Below, in pieces: positions 1 through 11,087 of a stretch of 64,000 nt of DNA. The stretch lies in NCBI GenBank assembly GCA_010093815.1, contig ML996578.1, one strand, 5' to 3'. The position numbers were made by a program, and so were the translations under genes. This DNA comes from Pseudovirgaria hyperparasitica (Eukaryota). Position 1 is the first letter of the stretch, and every line of letters begins with the position of its first letter. Under the pieces are notes generated by a model that was given only the letters and a program-made list of their open reading frames with translations, did no database searches and was not told the DNA's origin.

Positions 1-1
1 A

Positions 2-868
2 ATGGAAGACGAAGAGAAGGCTGCCGCGCTGAAGCAGAAGTTCCTCGGTCGTGGCGCCGAGAAGAATCCCAATCCCTCGTTTGGAGAGGCACTAACGATA
101 CCAACCGCCTTCTGGCATCTGCGTGGTATGGATAAGGGCCTTCACTCTTTGTGTACGCACATTAGCACCGATCCAGCAACGAACAAGACCGCTCCGGCAG
201 AAGGGTGGGCGGCGTCCAAGGGCCCTGAGTTCACCGTCGACCGATGGGCTTCCTGGCCAATCTTCGTCAGGATGGTCAACGACCTTATGACCAGCAACTG
301 TGAAGGACCAGTGCCCAAGAAGTCTGGAACTCCAGACTGCAACCTTAATCATCGCTTCAGTAACCCTGTGAATATAAGTTGGATATACCAATACTGTACT
401 CAGTGGGGTTTTCTCCAATCTGCCAATCTCGGAGAGAGGCAGATTGTATCAAAGTGGAACAGTCTGCAGCACCAGATGGACATATGCCACCGTCAATTTC
501 CCTCCGGAATACCAAAGGAGCCCGAGACGGACAAGACCAATCAATTCTTTGGCGGCTGGAAAATGAGACCCTCGAACGTGTACTGGTCCGGCGGTCAGTA
601 TGACCCCTGGGGGACGCTCTCGCCACTCAGTACTGAGGACTTTGCGCCACACCTTGAAGTCACGCAGAATATCCCGGAGTGCAATGTGGCGACGAGTGAG
701 GACACGCTGTTTGGGTATACTTTGGCGAATGCTCAGCATTGCTATGACTTTAAGACGACGCCCCTAGCAGCGACGAGTCGGGGATACTTTACTTCGGCGT
801 TGGATAAGTGGCTGAAGTGCTGGGAGCCAAAGAAGCCTGGATATCCAAGATATGAGGGAAAGCCGTAG
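2..868 (+). CDS. Serine carboxypeptidase S28 family peptidase, C-terminal part (5' truncated by window edge)
   Basis: Motifs WIYQYCTQWGF, NVYWSGGQYDPW (catalytic Asp region) and AQHCYDF (catalytic His) match family S28. Confidence 0.8.
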   Translation: MEDEEKAAALKQKFLGRGAEKNPNPSFGEALTIPTAFWHLRGMDKGLHSLCTHISTDPATNKTAPAEGWAASKGPEFTVDRWASWPIFVRMVNDLMTSNCEGPVPKKSGTPDCNLNHRFSNPVNISWIYQYCTQWGFLQSANLGERQIVSKWNSLQHQMDICHRQFPSGIPKEPETDKTNQFFGGWKMRPSNVYWSGGQYDPWGTLSPLSTEDFAPHLEVTQNIPECNVATSEDTLFGYTLANAQHCYDFKTTPLAATSRGYFTSALDKWLKCWEPKKPGYPRYEGKP

Positions 869-1077
869 GTGCTTCACGTATATATATTTATAACTACAAA
901 TATGAGATTGTGACAGGGGTTAGACATATTCGGCAGTCTCAGACGTGAGATGTTTGTTGTACACTGGCAGAATAACGATTGTTTACAACGATATCTCCAA
1001 TTTGTGGTAAGGCTCACATCGGCAGCCGTGTTACGTCGGCTACAAGATCACAATGTACTAGAAAGTTTGCTCCAGTA

Positions 1078-1147
1078 GGCTGATGAGACTAAGAGAGTGT
1101 CGAAAGAGGGCTGATGAGACTAAGAGAGTGTCGAAAGAGGGCTGATG
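1078..1147. repeat. 31-bp tandem duplication (2.2 copies) GGCTGATGAGACTAAGAGAGTGTCGAAAGAG
   Basis: Exact copies at 1078-1108 and 1109-1139, with a partial copy at 1140-1147. Confidence 0.95.
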
Positions 1148-3165
1148 GGTAAAAAGAAAGGGGGGGGGCGGAAGGGGAGGGGCATAAAATCTGCCAGAAC
1201 CAGTGCTAATCGCATAAGAGCAAACAAGAGGTGTTTTACAGTGCAGACGATTGTCTAATAATGGTCACGCGAGCAGCAACAGGACCAGGTAAACAGTATA
1301 TTATAGTATCATTATTCCCGTGTGTGCTTGCCGGGCCGATAGATATCTTTGTCGCAGACTAAATATAGCGCGGCCCATCACCACCAACCCTGACACAGAT
1401 CAGTAAAAAGTGGCTCGACCGCCAGGCCCGCTTGACCTGCCGAGCGTATGAGTGGATGAGGTGATGTAGAGGCTTAAGCACGATCCATAAGCGAGGAAGA
1501 CAGGCCACGCAGATGGTCTCATCGTCTAGCCTTGAGAGGGGGGCAGCTACCTCCGAAAAAGAAAAGACATCTACGTGCGAAGAACGACACTACTAATGAC
1601 TTCGCCATGCATGTTTGCTTATTTCGATGGATCCCTCGGGGCATGACGAAAGGGATTTATGGGTGGCTGTTGTGCTGTGAAGATAGGATAGAAGCGGGTC
1701 TGCGAATGGATGGGTACGTAGCTCACGTCCAAGACTAATAAGAAATGCTAAGACGCTTGATAGGAGAATACCAAGAAGTACACATTGACAGGACCACGCA
1801 AGAAAGGCCCGAATATGGTAGTTCCCATGTATGTCCTACATACTACGGAGTATGGTAGACAGCCCTTGGATGCTTTGTCCAGGCTGCATGCAGGCTGCAG
1901 GTCGCTGCTACATGGGGATGAAACAGGAACAAGTGTCATATCTCATTTGTGCATAGAAGACCTTCTTATGCTGTGCCGCTTGCGGTAATGAGAGAAGGAA
2001 AAAAATGGGAGAGCATTGCGTTGGACGAGAGGCGGACACTGTTGATGCTGCTGTGAATGTACCATGATATCCATCCTGCAGATGAGACATTATGTACTAT
2101 GTAGACAAGCATCTGGGCCATCAGCCAACCGACTGTCCAGCCACTCGCTTCCCACGTCTCTAGATTTCCTTTCCTGGCCATTCATTCCGCCCATCAAGCA
2201 ACAGTCCTTCCATCCATGTGGGCTGAGGCTTCTCGAAGGTCTGTAGAAGCAGAAAAGAAGGACGGAATTGATCTGTGCGGGCTTCGACGGCGCGTTTAGC
2301 CCAGCGACGAAAGAGCCGGACTGTGGCCCCAAACACCGCCAAACTCGCCAGATCATCCCGGCGTCAAAAGCTGCCCGGGGGCGTCTTGACCCCACCACCA
2401 CCACCGCCCACCGCCCGCAAGGCAATTCTTCCTCCCCCTCCAATTCCCCCTCCAGTACGTACAGTACCCTACCAGAACACTCACACACATACCCACACAC
2501 ACACTTACTCACTCACTCGCTCACACACATCCCCCCCCCCCTCCTCTCAATTGACCACACTCCCATCAGCACCATTGAGCACTCACTTCATCCACAACTC
2601 TCGCCAATCCCGATTTTGCTTGCTCATCCCAGTAAAAACTCACTGACCCTCGAGGGCCTGGAACTCGTACTCTATATCAATTCGACTTGGCTTCTCTGCC
2701 GTCTCGACACACACCCTCACATACCACGCATGCCACACTCGCCATCTTCTCATTGTCTTTGCGATCAACTCAGTACAAACTCACTTCGTCAGTCTACACC
2801 GCCCGTTCTGCGTCATTCTCCACCTCAATTTCTCCCCACCCGCGCGAAACGATCGTCTCTACGCCGTCCCCGGAAGCTTCCTCCGTCCCGCTCCTCCACT
2901 GACACCAGCAAGACGCCTACTCCGACTCGCGACCAAACAATTTCTCCCTCTGACTTCTCCTCTTCTGTATCACGACAAACACTCAGACATGTCTTACGCT
3001 TCCTGTTAGACCAACATCATCCAACCTCTTTCTTGCCGCCCTCAAACCCACTGTTCTTCCCTCGACCCTGACCGGCCCGCAGCCCCACTCATACCAACAC
3101 GCGCCTCTGGACTTCCCACATCGTCACGATCACGCTGCTCAGAACTCCTCTGTGGTGGCTGCGAC

Positions 3166-6126
3166 ATGCGTCGCTATAATAGACCAGGCGGCGGTCCGAC
3201 AATTCACGCTTCCAGAGTCAATGGCGCCTCTTTTCCTGATCCACTGACTCTGATCCGAGCCTATGACTCTGAAACCAACCCGAGTCGACCGATCCGACCT
3301 TCTCCTCTCACGGCGTCTACCATACAAGGTCTGCCTCTAGACCTGCTTGATCGCCTGCGCTCTTTTCCTCTGTTCCAGCAAGCGCCAGACTCCTTCCTCC
3401 AAGCTATTGGGACACACCTTCGACCGCAGGTCTACTCACCACACGACTATATCCTGACCGAGGGTGATGATGCGAAGGCAATGTACTGGCTCGTGCGGGG
3501 CTCAGTCAGGGTCACTTCAAGAGATGGCGAAAGTACGTACGCCGAGCTGAAGCCAGGCTCATTCTTTGGCGAGATTGGTATTCTTATGGACATACCGCGC
3601 ACAGCTACAATCATTGCGAATATGCGGTGCCTGGTTGTGCGACTGAATAAGGAAGACCTGAAGAAAGAGCTACCAGTCTATCCAGAGGTTGAAAGAGCTA
3701 TACGTGATGAGGCGAACGAACGTCTGGCATATCTTGAAAAGAAGAAGAAGGAGAACAAGCTGCGTGCGCCTCCACCAGTACCTGCTCAGGGACTGATTCG
3801 GAGCACGAAACGGCCAAGAGATCGGGTAGATGGCGACGTGGAAATGGGTGAGGCCGGCATGTTGTTCGAGGGTGAAGTCGTGAATATGTACAAGAAACGA
3901 AAGTCGCCTAGCCCCAGCCTGGTAGAAACGTCGTCATCCAGCGCTTTGGCTACAGGAACTGTCTCCATACGGCCGCTGCTGAAAGAGCTTCCACTATTTT
4001 CGCGACTGCCCCCTGAAATTCTCCATTTCCTAGGCATTCGCGCTCAACCTCGTTCGTTCCCGCCTTTCCATGAGATTGTCAAACAGGGCTCAACAGACCG
4101 TGATGTATACTTTATTGTAAAAGGAGAAGTCGAGGTCGTAGCAGAGAGGACACCGATAGCCAGCGAGTCGGTACAGTTGGATCCAGACCAACAACTGCCG
4201 ATAACACGGCATGTCAAGGCGCGTTTAAGGGCAGGTCAGTACTTTGGTGAAGTCACAAGCCTGTCATTATCACCAAGCCGGACCGCCACTGTACGATCGG
4301 TGACTTCGGTCGAATGCTTAATGATCAGCGACAATGTTCTTAACGATCTGTGGCGGCAATGCTCGCCTGATATCCGACAACAGGTAGAATCAGTGGCCAA
4401 GCAAAGACTACAGACTGCTTCAGAACCCGACGTAACCATGTCAGATGTGGTGGAGAACACGATCGCAATTGATGAACTTGAAATTGGCGACCAAGGTCCA
4501 CGAACACCAAGGAAGAACAGCGTGCCATTTGTAACATTCAGTGACGCCGCAATGGAAGCCCCCGTAACACCTAGCAAATCTCGTGACATGATGGAGCCAT
4601 TTGATCCAGATCCATTCCTGAATCCGGACCTGGACAACATGCGCTCAAGATCACGGCGAAACTCACTTGCTCCTCCAACGCCAGCGAGTCCAGTTGCGTC
4701 GCAATCAGCTCTCGCTGAAACGCCAGCATCACCGAGTCCCAAGGAGGGGCGACGCGCACAACAGCCAGAGACTGGTGTCAGATTACACCCTCCGCGACCG
4801 AGATCGAGACTAAAGCGACGCTCGAGTCGATTTGGAAAGGGTATACTACCCGACAGCATTCTTACTAGCATCTTTCAGTATCTAGAGTTACATGAACTCA
4901 TGAGATTACGCCTAGTCTCCCTGCATTGGCTAAGAATTCTTTCCTCGTCAGACGTCTTACATTATCTTGATTTGGCCAAATATAACCGTCGAATCACGGA
5001 CTCGGTGTTGACTACATCTATATGTCCATTTGTTGGAAACAGGCCGCGTGTTGTAGATCTCAGCAATTGCTTTCATATATCAGACGAGGGCTTTGCAACA
5101 TTAGCGGCATCTTGTGGAGAGAATGTGAAGGTGTGGAAGATGAAGAGCGTTTGGGACATTACCGGGCAGGCCGTTCTTGACATGGTCAGCAAAGCAAAGG
5201 GACTGGAAGAGATAGACCTCAGCAACTGCAGAAAAGTCGGCGATAACCTTCTGGCAAGAGTCGTTGGTTGGGTAGTCCCAAACATACCCCCAGCGGTCTT
5301 TCAGCAGCAACAGCAACAAGAACAGGCGCAGGCTCAAGCGCATGCCAACCAGCGGAGAGGCAAACATCATCCCCAACAACAGCAACAACCAGTGCAACAA
5401 CTCCCACCCGGGACCGTGATCGGCTGTCCCAAGTTGAAGCGTCTCACACTGTCATACTGCAAGCACATCACGGACCGCTCCATGGCACACATTGCCATCC
5501 ACGCCTCCAAACGCATAGAATCAATGGACCTCACACGCTGCACGACAATCACCGACAACGGCTTCCACCAATGGAGCGGCCACGCATTCCCAAAGCTCTC
5601 CAGACTATGCCTCGCAGACTGCACCTACCTGACCGACAACGCCATCGTCTACCTCACCAACGCAGCCAAGCAGCTGCGAGAACTCGACCTGGTACGTCAA
5701 TTCATATCACCCTTCCCCTTTTTCCCCTTGAAACCCCCCCCGTCCCTCCCCAAACCTAATCACTAACCACCCCAGTCCTTCTGCTGCGCCCTCTCCGACA
5801 CAGCAACCGAAGTCCTCGCCCTCGGCTGCCAGAACCTCACCCACCTCAACATGGCCTTTTGCGGCTCCGCCGTCTCGGACCACTCGCTCGCCACCGTCGC
5901 GCTGCACCTCACCCAGCTCCGCCATCTCTCCGTCCGCGGCTGCGTGCGCGTCACGGGCATGGGCGTCGAGCATGTCCTGGATGGGTGCATGGAGCTGGAG
6001 TTTTTCGACGTCAGTCAGTGTAAGAATCTGGCTAGGTGGCTTGAGTCGGGCGGGGTGGAGAGGAGGGGCAGAGGGGTGCGGTTTGAGACGGTTACGGAGG
6101 GGAGGTGGAGGGGTGGTGGGCGGTGA
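3166..6126 (+). CDS. Protein with two cyclic-nucleotide-binding domains, an F-box and leucine-rich repeats; exons 3166-5691, 5776-6126
   Basis: cNMP cassettes FFGEIGILMDIPRTATI and YFGEVTSLSLSPSRTATV; F-box LPDSILTSIFQYLELHELMRLRLVSLHW; AMN1/FBXL-type LRRs (LSNCFHISD, LSYCKHITD, LADCTYLTD). Intron GTACGT..CTAAC..CAG at 5692-5775 restores LDLSFCCALSD. Confidence 0.9.
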
Positions 6127-7720
6127 TTGGTGATTGGTGATTGGTAGTACTGGTGTTGGTGTTGGTGTTGTTGTCGGTGTTGGTCCTGCTTGCGCTGTTT
6201 TGTCGCGGCATGTAAAGGCGCTACGACATATGAGCTTATCTATCGGCGCGAGAAAAAGAAGGGGTTTTCTGGAGTGTTCTTTTTTTTGGGGGTGGAACGG
6301 GGGAACGGCATACACTTATATAGAGAGCGGGTGATTCATTCGATCGATCGATCTGGCGTGCATGCGTGCGTGCGCGCGCGCATAAATCTCTGTGGGATGG
6401 ATATAACTGTCTTCTATTATATTTTACCTCCTCCCTCCCTCTCTGCGTCTGCGGAGAGAAAGATACCACCCACCCACTTTTGGGCAGGACTTCTTTTTTT
6501 CATTATTGTTGTAAAAAAAGGGTTCTGAGGGTTTTCTTTAGACGATGAGTATATATACGTTGGGTTGGTGGGAGTCGGGGGACGCTATGATGAAGTGTTT
6601 TTTTCTTTCTTCTTTTTTTTTTTGGAAAGATATGTATGATATATATAGGTTATGTGGACGACTTGGGGTATGTAGTGCTTGTGTTATGAGCTGTCAGATG
6701 GAGATGGAGGTGGGAGTGGAATATGAGATGCGATATTTTGTTATGCAATGTAAACATATACACATTGTCAGGGGAACTATAAGTGCACCGGCTCGGCGCT
6801 GGGAACATGATTCAACCTAATGAACAATCTTGACTGTTGCTGCGGACAGACGACAGTAGCCTCACTTGGCTAAATGTGTGTTTTGCCCTTATTCTACAGA
6901 AGAAACGAGAATGTAGCTGTTTCTATTGCTGGGTTCCGAGTCCGGGTTCCGGCGATGATCGCTCTCTGTTGTGGAAGCGGTCGCTGACACATACATACAT
7001 ACATACACACGTCCTCTTGTGGTTATCTGGAACGTTCGTTAAGGAGAGGCAAAACCATATTCCTGCCGCCGGTGATATGTTTCTGTGTGGCTGTTTTGCG
7101 TCTTCTTTGGATACTGTCGCTCATGGTATGCTGTTATTGCCAAGGCCATTGCTCCTGGAGATGTGCAATGTTGCTTGCATCTGTGAGGTCCTTGATGCTG
7201 CTGCTGCTACTGATGATGAAGAGGATGACGATGATGAAGTACGCACGCGCTTCGTCGAGATTCTCAGCATGGTTGCGCTCGTTACCGCGGAACGGTCTCG
7301 AGGAGCAAAGTCAACTGTTATATATTTGGTCAATGATTTTCAAGAGGGCGGAATGGGATAATGTGGGGAGTCTGGGTGCTCGTGTCAGTGATATGTCTGG
7401 ACATAAGAGAGGAGTAGAGCGTTTGCTGTATGGGTCCTACTCGATTCTCTGACTTACGTGATGAATGTCATTGGGCCAGCCCGTCATGTGCGGACGGACT
7501 GGCAAGCTATGTCTTCTCTTCTCGTCTTGTCTCTCGCATTTCTCCCCTCCACCTTTTTCCTAGCCGGTCGTGAATTGCGGCACGCACGACCGAATCCTGC
7601 TCTTCAGGACTTTCCATACCTCAGCCTTGCAATCGCCTTGGAGTGTCTATAAATGCGCAGCTCTTTCTTTTCGGCTTTCCTCGAGTAGTCTCAGCCTCAT
7701 GAACCAACCCAATCCTCATT

Positions 7721-8373
7721 CTACTCGTCCCGCTCCTCGCGCTCCGCTCCCGGACTCCTGCTGCGGTTCCGTCCACCACCCCTCGCGCCACCAGCACCGC
7801 GCCCTCCCCTGTTCGCATTCTGCCCTGCTTTCGCGGGCGGCGGACGCACGAACGCATAGTCGACGCTGATAGTTTGATCGAGCAGCTTCGTGCCGTTTGC
7901 GCCCTTGATGGCGTCTTTCGCCTCGTCGAGGGTGGGGTACTCGATAAGTACATAGCCCTACACACGCATGCCGCACCATCAGTACCTAAATCTTCGTTTC
8001 TCCGTGTGTCGCACGCCGGGACTCGATCGACAAGAATCTCTATGCCAGCAAGCTAGACATGTAGATATATTTCGAAAGCTGAAAAGGAAAGACAACAAAA
8101 GACATAACATACCTTGACGTAACCCGTCCTGCGATCCAGATTCAGGTGTAGGTTCTGGATTTCGCCGTACTCTCCAAAGAGCTCTGTCAGATCCTCCTCG
8201 GATGCCTCCTCGTGGACATTCGTCACCATAATGATCCAGCCCTCGATTGAGCGCACGGCTACGGCGCCTGCTTGTGTGCGTGTCTCGCTGGCGGCTATGG
8301 GTTTGGATTGGGGGACGTTGTCTGCGGGCGCATCGGTCGGGGCGTCAATGTCCATGGATGTGGAATCGGCCAT
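7721..8373 (-). CDS. RBM8A: Exon junction complex RRM protein Y14/RBM8A; exons 8373-8113, 7957-7721
   Basis: [22 protein letters not shown]...[21 protein letters not shown] is the diagnostic Y14 RRM. GT-AG intron at 8112-7958; RGG/RS-like tail. Confidence 0.93.
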
Positions 8374-8687
8374 TGTGGGCGGTGAGAGATTGGGTGTCTG
8401 ATTCGAGTGGAAGATTGAGGGTTGTGAGGTGGGGTGGATATATGATGAGGAAGCTACCTAGTGGCTGCGGAGGAGCTGTTGATGTTTTGCGGGAGTGGTG
8501 GAGCTTGGGGTAGAAGGTCAGTGGATGCCGAAGTAGTGCCGCCTACATTTGTGCTTGCACAAGGCTTTGTGCACGATGATTGTGAATATGTCAGTTGGCA
8601 TATTTAAATAAAGGAAGTGAACAAATAATCTGGGTATAGTGATAAAAGTACCCAAGCGCCGTCATGATTAGTAATAAGACAGGAATG

Positions 8688-11087
8688 TTACAAAGTCGGT
8701 GCCCTCCTCAGACCAACACAGTACCGGACATGAAGAGTATCAATAAAGTGGTCATGACGAATGCCAGGGGGTCTACAGATCCGAAACTCGTCAATTGCAT
8801 CCTGAAGTTTGTACCCAAGACGCTCAACTAGATAACACACAACGAAGAACCCAGTACGATTAAAGCCTGTCGCAGTCGTTAGTAAAGCACAGTCTATCGA
8901 TGTCCGGTACTTACCATAGTGACAGTGAACGCCAATCAATGCATCGTTTGCGATAATACTCGAAGAATCAGAAGAAGTTGACCGGATTTGGTCTATGAGC
9001 GTGATGAAGCTTTTGACTTCATCGACTTGAGGTGGTAATTTGGATACAGTAGGAAACTTGTGATACACGATACCACCAGCCTCAAGACCTTTGGGGTCAT
9101 AGACAGGACTCTCGTGGGAGATGTCAACTATGGCCTTTATCTTCCCAGCCCACTTATCGACGAACACCTTGGGGCAGTGCTCTCCGTCGACTTCGCGCAG
9201 TGTCTTCATTGCGCGAAAGACACCTGCTATGGGGGCAGACACAGGTGCGACTGCTTTCCATTTCTCCAAGTTTTTGACGTCCCATTTGCCTTCGGTCGTC
9301 AAGTACTGCAATTGCCAACCTAGAGACAATCGCTTGTCTATGTGGTCGGCAAGGAAGCTCTGAATTAATCCAGCCAATATTCGAGAATGAGATGGTGCGT
9401 AAAGGAGTGCATGAGAAGCTGGAGCCGGGAGAATCGTGCTTTTCAGTACGGATCGCGAGATGATTTTTGACATATCAGCAAAGTCCGCCTGGTCAGTTGT
9501 AGAAGCGAGTGTTCCATCTGAAGGAGTGATTGACCCGTTGAGTCTCGGGCTATTGCTCAGGATCTTCGAGTCTTTTCTCGTAGCAGGCACATCTACTGAT
9601 GCAAGTTCGTCAGGAATCATCACCGACTTCTCCTCGGACACAGTCGGGGCCTTGCCTAGATATTCGGCAATGGCCTTGAGATTGTCAGGAGGCGTGACAT
9701 GATCGTTTTCTCCAGCCGCTAGGAACATAGGCACTCTGATGCCCGACCAGACCTCTCTGCCTGGCAAACCTCCTTTCGCAGTGCCTGACGAGTAATCGGG
9801 TAGGCATCCCCTGGCCATTCGTCGAAATACTGGTGTCTTGCTCTGCTCATTGAACCGCACTTGTAGCTTCTTCGTCTCTTCCTCGGCACCTGCACCAACA
9901 AAGCGTGCCACACTCCCGCTCTCAGTCCCTCCACGCCGATCATACTTTCTCCACATGTCAAACAAAAAGCCAGGTATACTCAAGCCAATCTTGAACCTTT
10001 TTACATCTTCCGGTCCAGGAGGAATTGCTGAGGGGCAGATGGCGATGACCCCATTCACGTGAACGGATAACAAATGGTGATACTGAGAGGTAGTAGAGGC
10101 TAACAGGGCAGCAAGAGAGCATCCCATGCTGTGACCGATCAGAATTACTTCTTGATCAGAAGCAGCATCGCGATGAGCCTCAATGGCTACAGACAGCAAG
10201 CGTACTAGAGAGTCGGTCGTGTATGCATCCCACGCATTTGGCTGGAATTCTGAAAGACCGCAGCCTGGTAGATCAATGGCCAGACATGGGGCAACATTGA
10301 CGAGACTGACAAGGATGGGATGAAATTGCGCAACAGATCCACCAAGACCATGGATGAAGACGAGTAAAGGTAGCGGTGTTGGCTTTGTAGGTAATTTGCT
10401 CCCTTGAGGATGTGGTCGGTAGAAGGTCCTGATGGATGGATATGTGTAGCGTTCGGTAGCATACGATTTAAATTCGCTGTGCTTCCTTAACAGTCCTGGA
10501 TCACTCGACAAGGCGTCTGTATATCATCTGATTAGTTTCGTATGACGATACGCTAGCTCCGAATGCAACTATGGCTAACAAGGCGACCATGCTATTGGGA
10601 CCATGTGGATAACAAGGGGGTTTGACGTGCAGATGAGGCCCCTGCATGTACCAGAATGGACATTGTTCTACGATGATGGAGGAAGATACGAAAGTGACAT
10701 ACCCAGGCCTGCTGTATCAGACACATCCTTCTCTGAATGAATAGATGATGGACCAATCTGCTTTCGATGGAACTGTTTCCGTAGAATCCAGACACAAGGG
10801 AGAGCACCAAGAACAGTTGCGGATGTGACCATGCTCCAAAATAATACAGGGTTTGTGGAAGAAAATGAGGACAGGAATAGCAAAGGACGCTGGCAGAGTG
10901 ACAGAAGGCGAGCTCTTAAGAGAGCTACAGCTGAGCCAGGGAGTTGAGAGCGGTGAGTTACATTAGGGTGGCTTGAGAAGAAAGGTTTGGGGAAGTCCGG
11001 GAGGGCGTGTACAGAGACGGAGAAAAGAAATAGCAAGACGGCGACGGTGGTCAGAGTGTCATGATCAAAGCGCGAGTTGGCCTCCAT
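8688..11087 (-). CDS. Alpha/beta-hydrolase fused to a C-terminal cysteine (DSP/RNA-triphosphatase-type) phosphatase; exons 11087-10703, 10516-8915, 8866-8688
   Basis: Hydrolase motifs FIHGLGG, AIDLPGCG, GHSMG and GENDHVTP. After removing a 48-nt intron the P-loop reads VHCHYGFNRTG, followed by RPPGI. A hydrophobic first exon joins through a phase-1 intron at 10702-10517; this first exon is less certain. Confidence 0.85.

Noticed and set aside
2268..3071. 267-aa ORF upstream of the cNMP/F-box gene
   Set aside because: Non-ATG start and low-complexity C-rich promoter/5'UTR sequence (CA and CT repeats); no domain motifs.
7958..8112. Intronic snoRNA or stwintron in the longer introns (Y14 155 nt; also 10517-10702 and 48359-48494)
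   Set aside because: No convincing C/D or H/ACA box pairs and no nested donor/branch/acceptor set found by eye.
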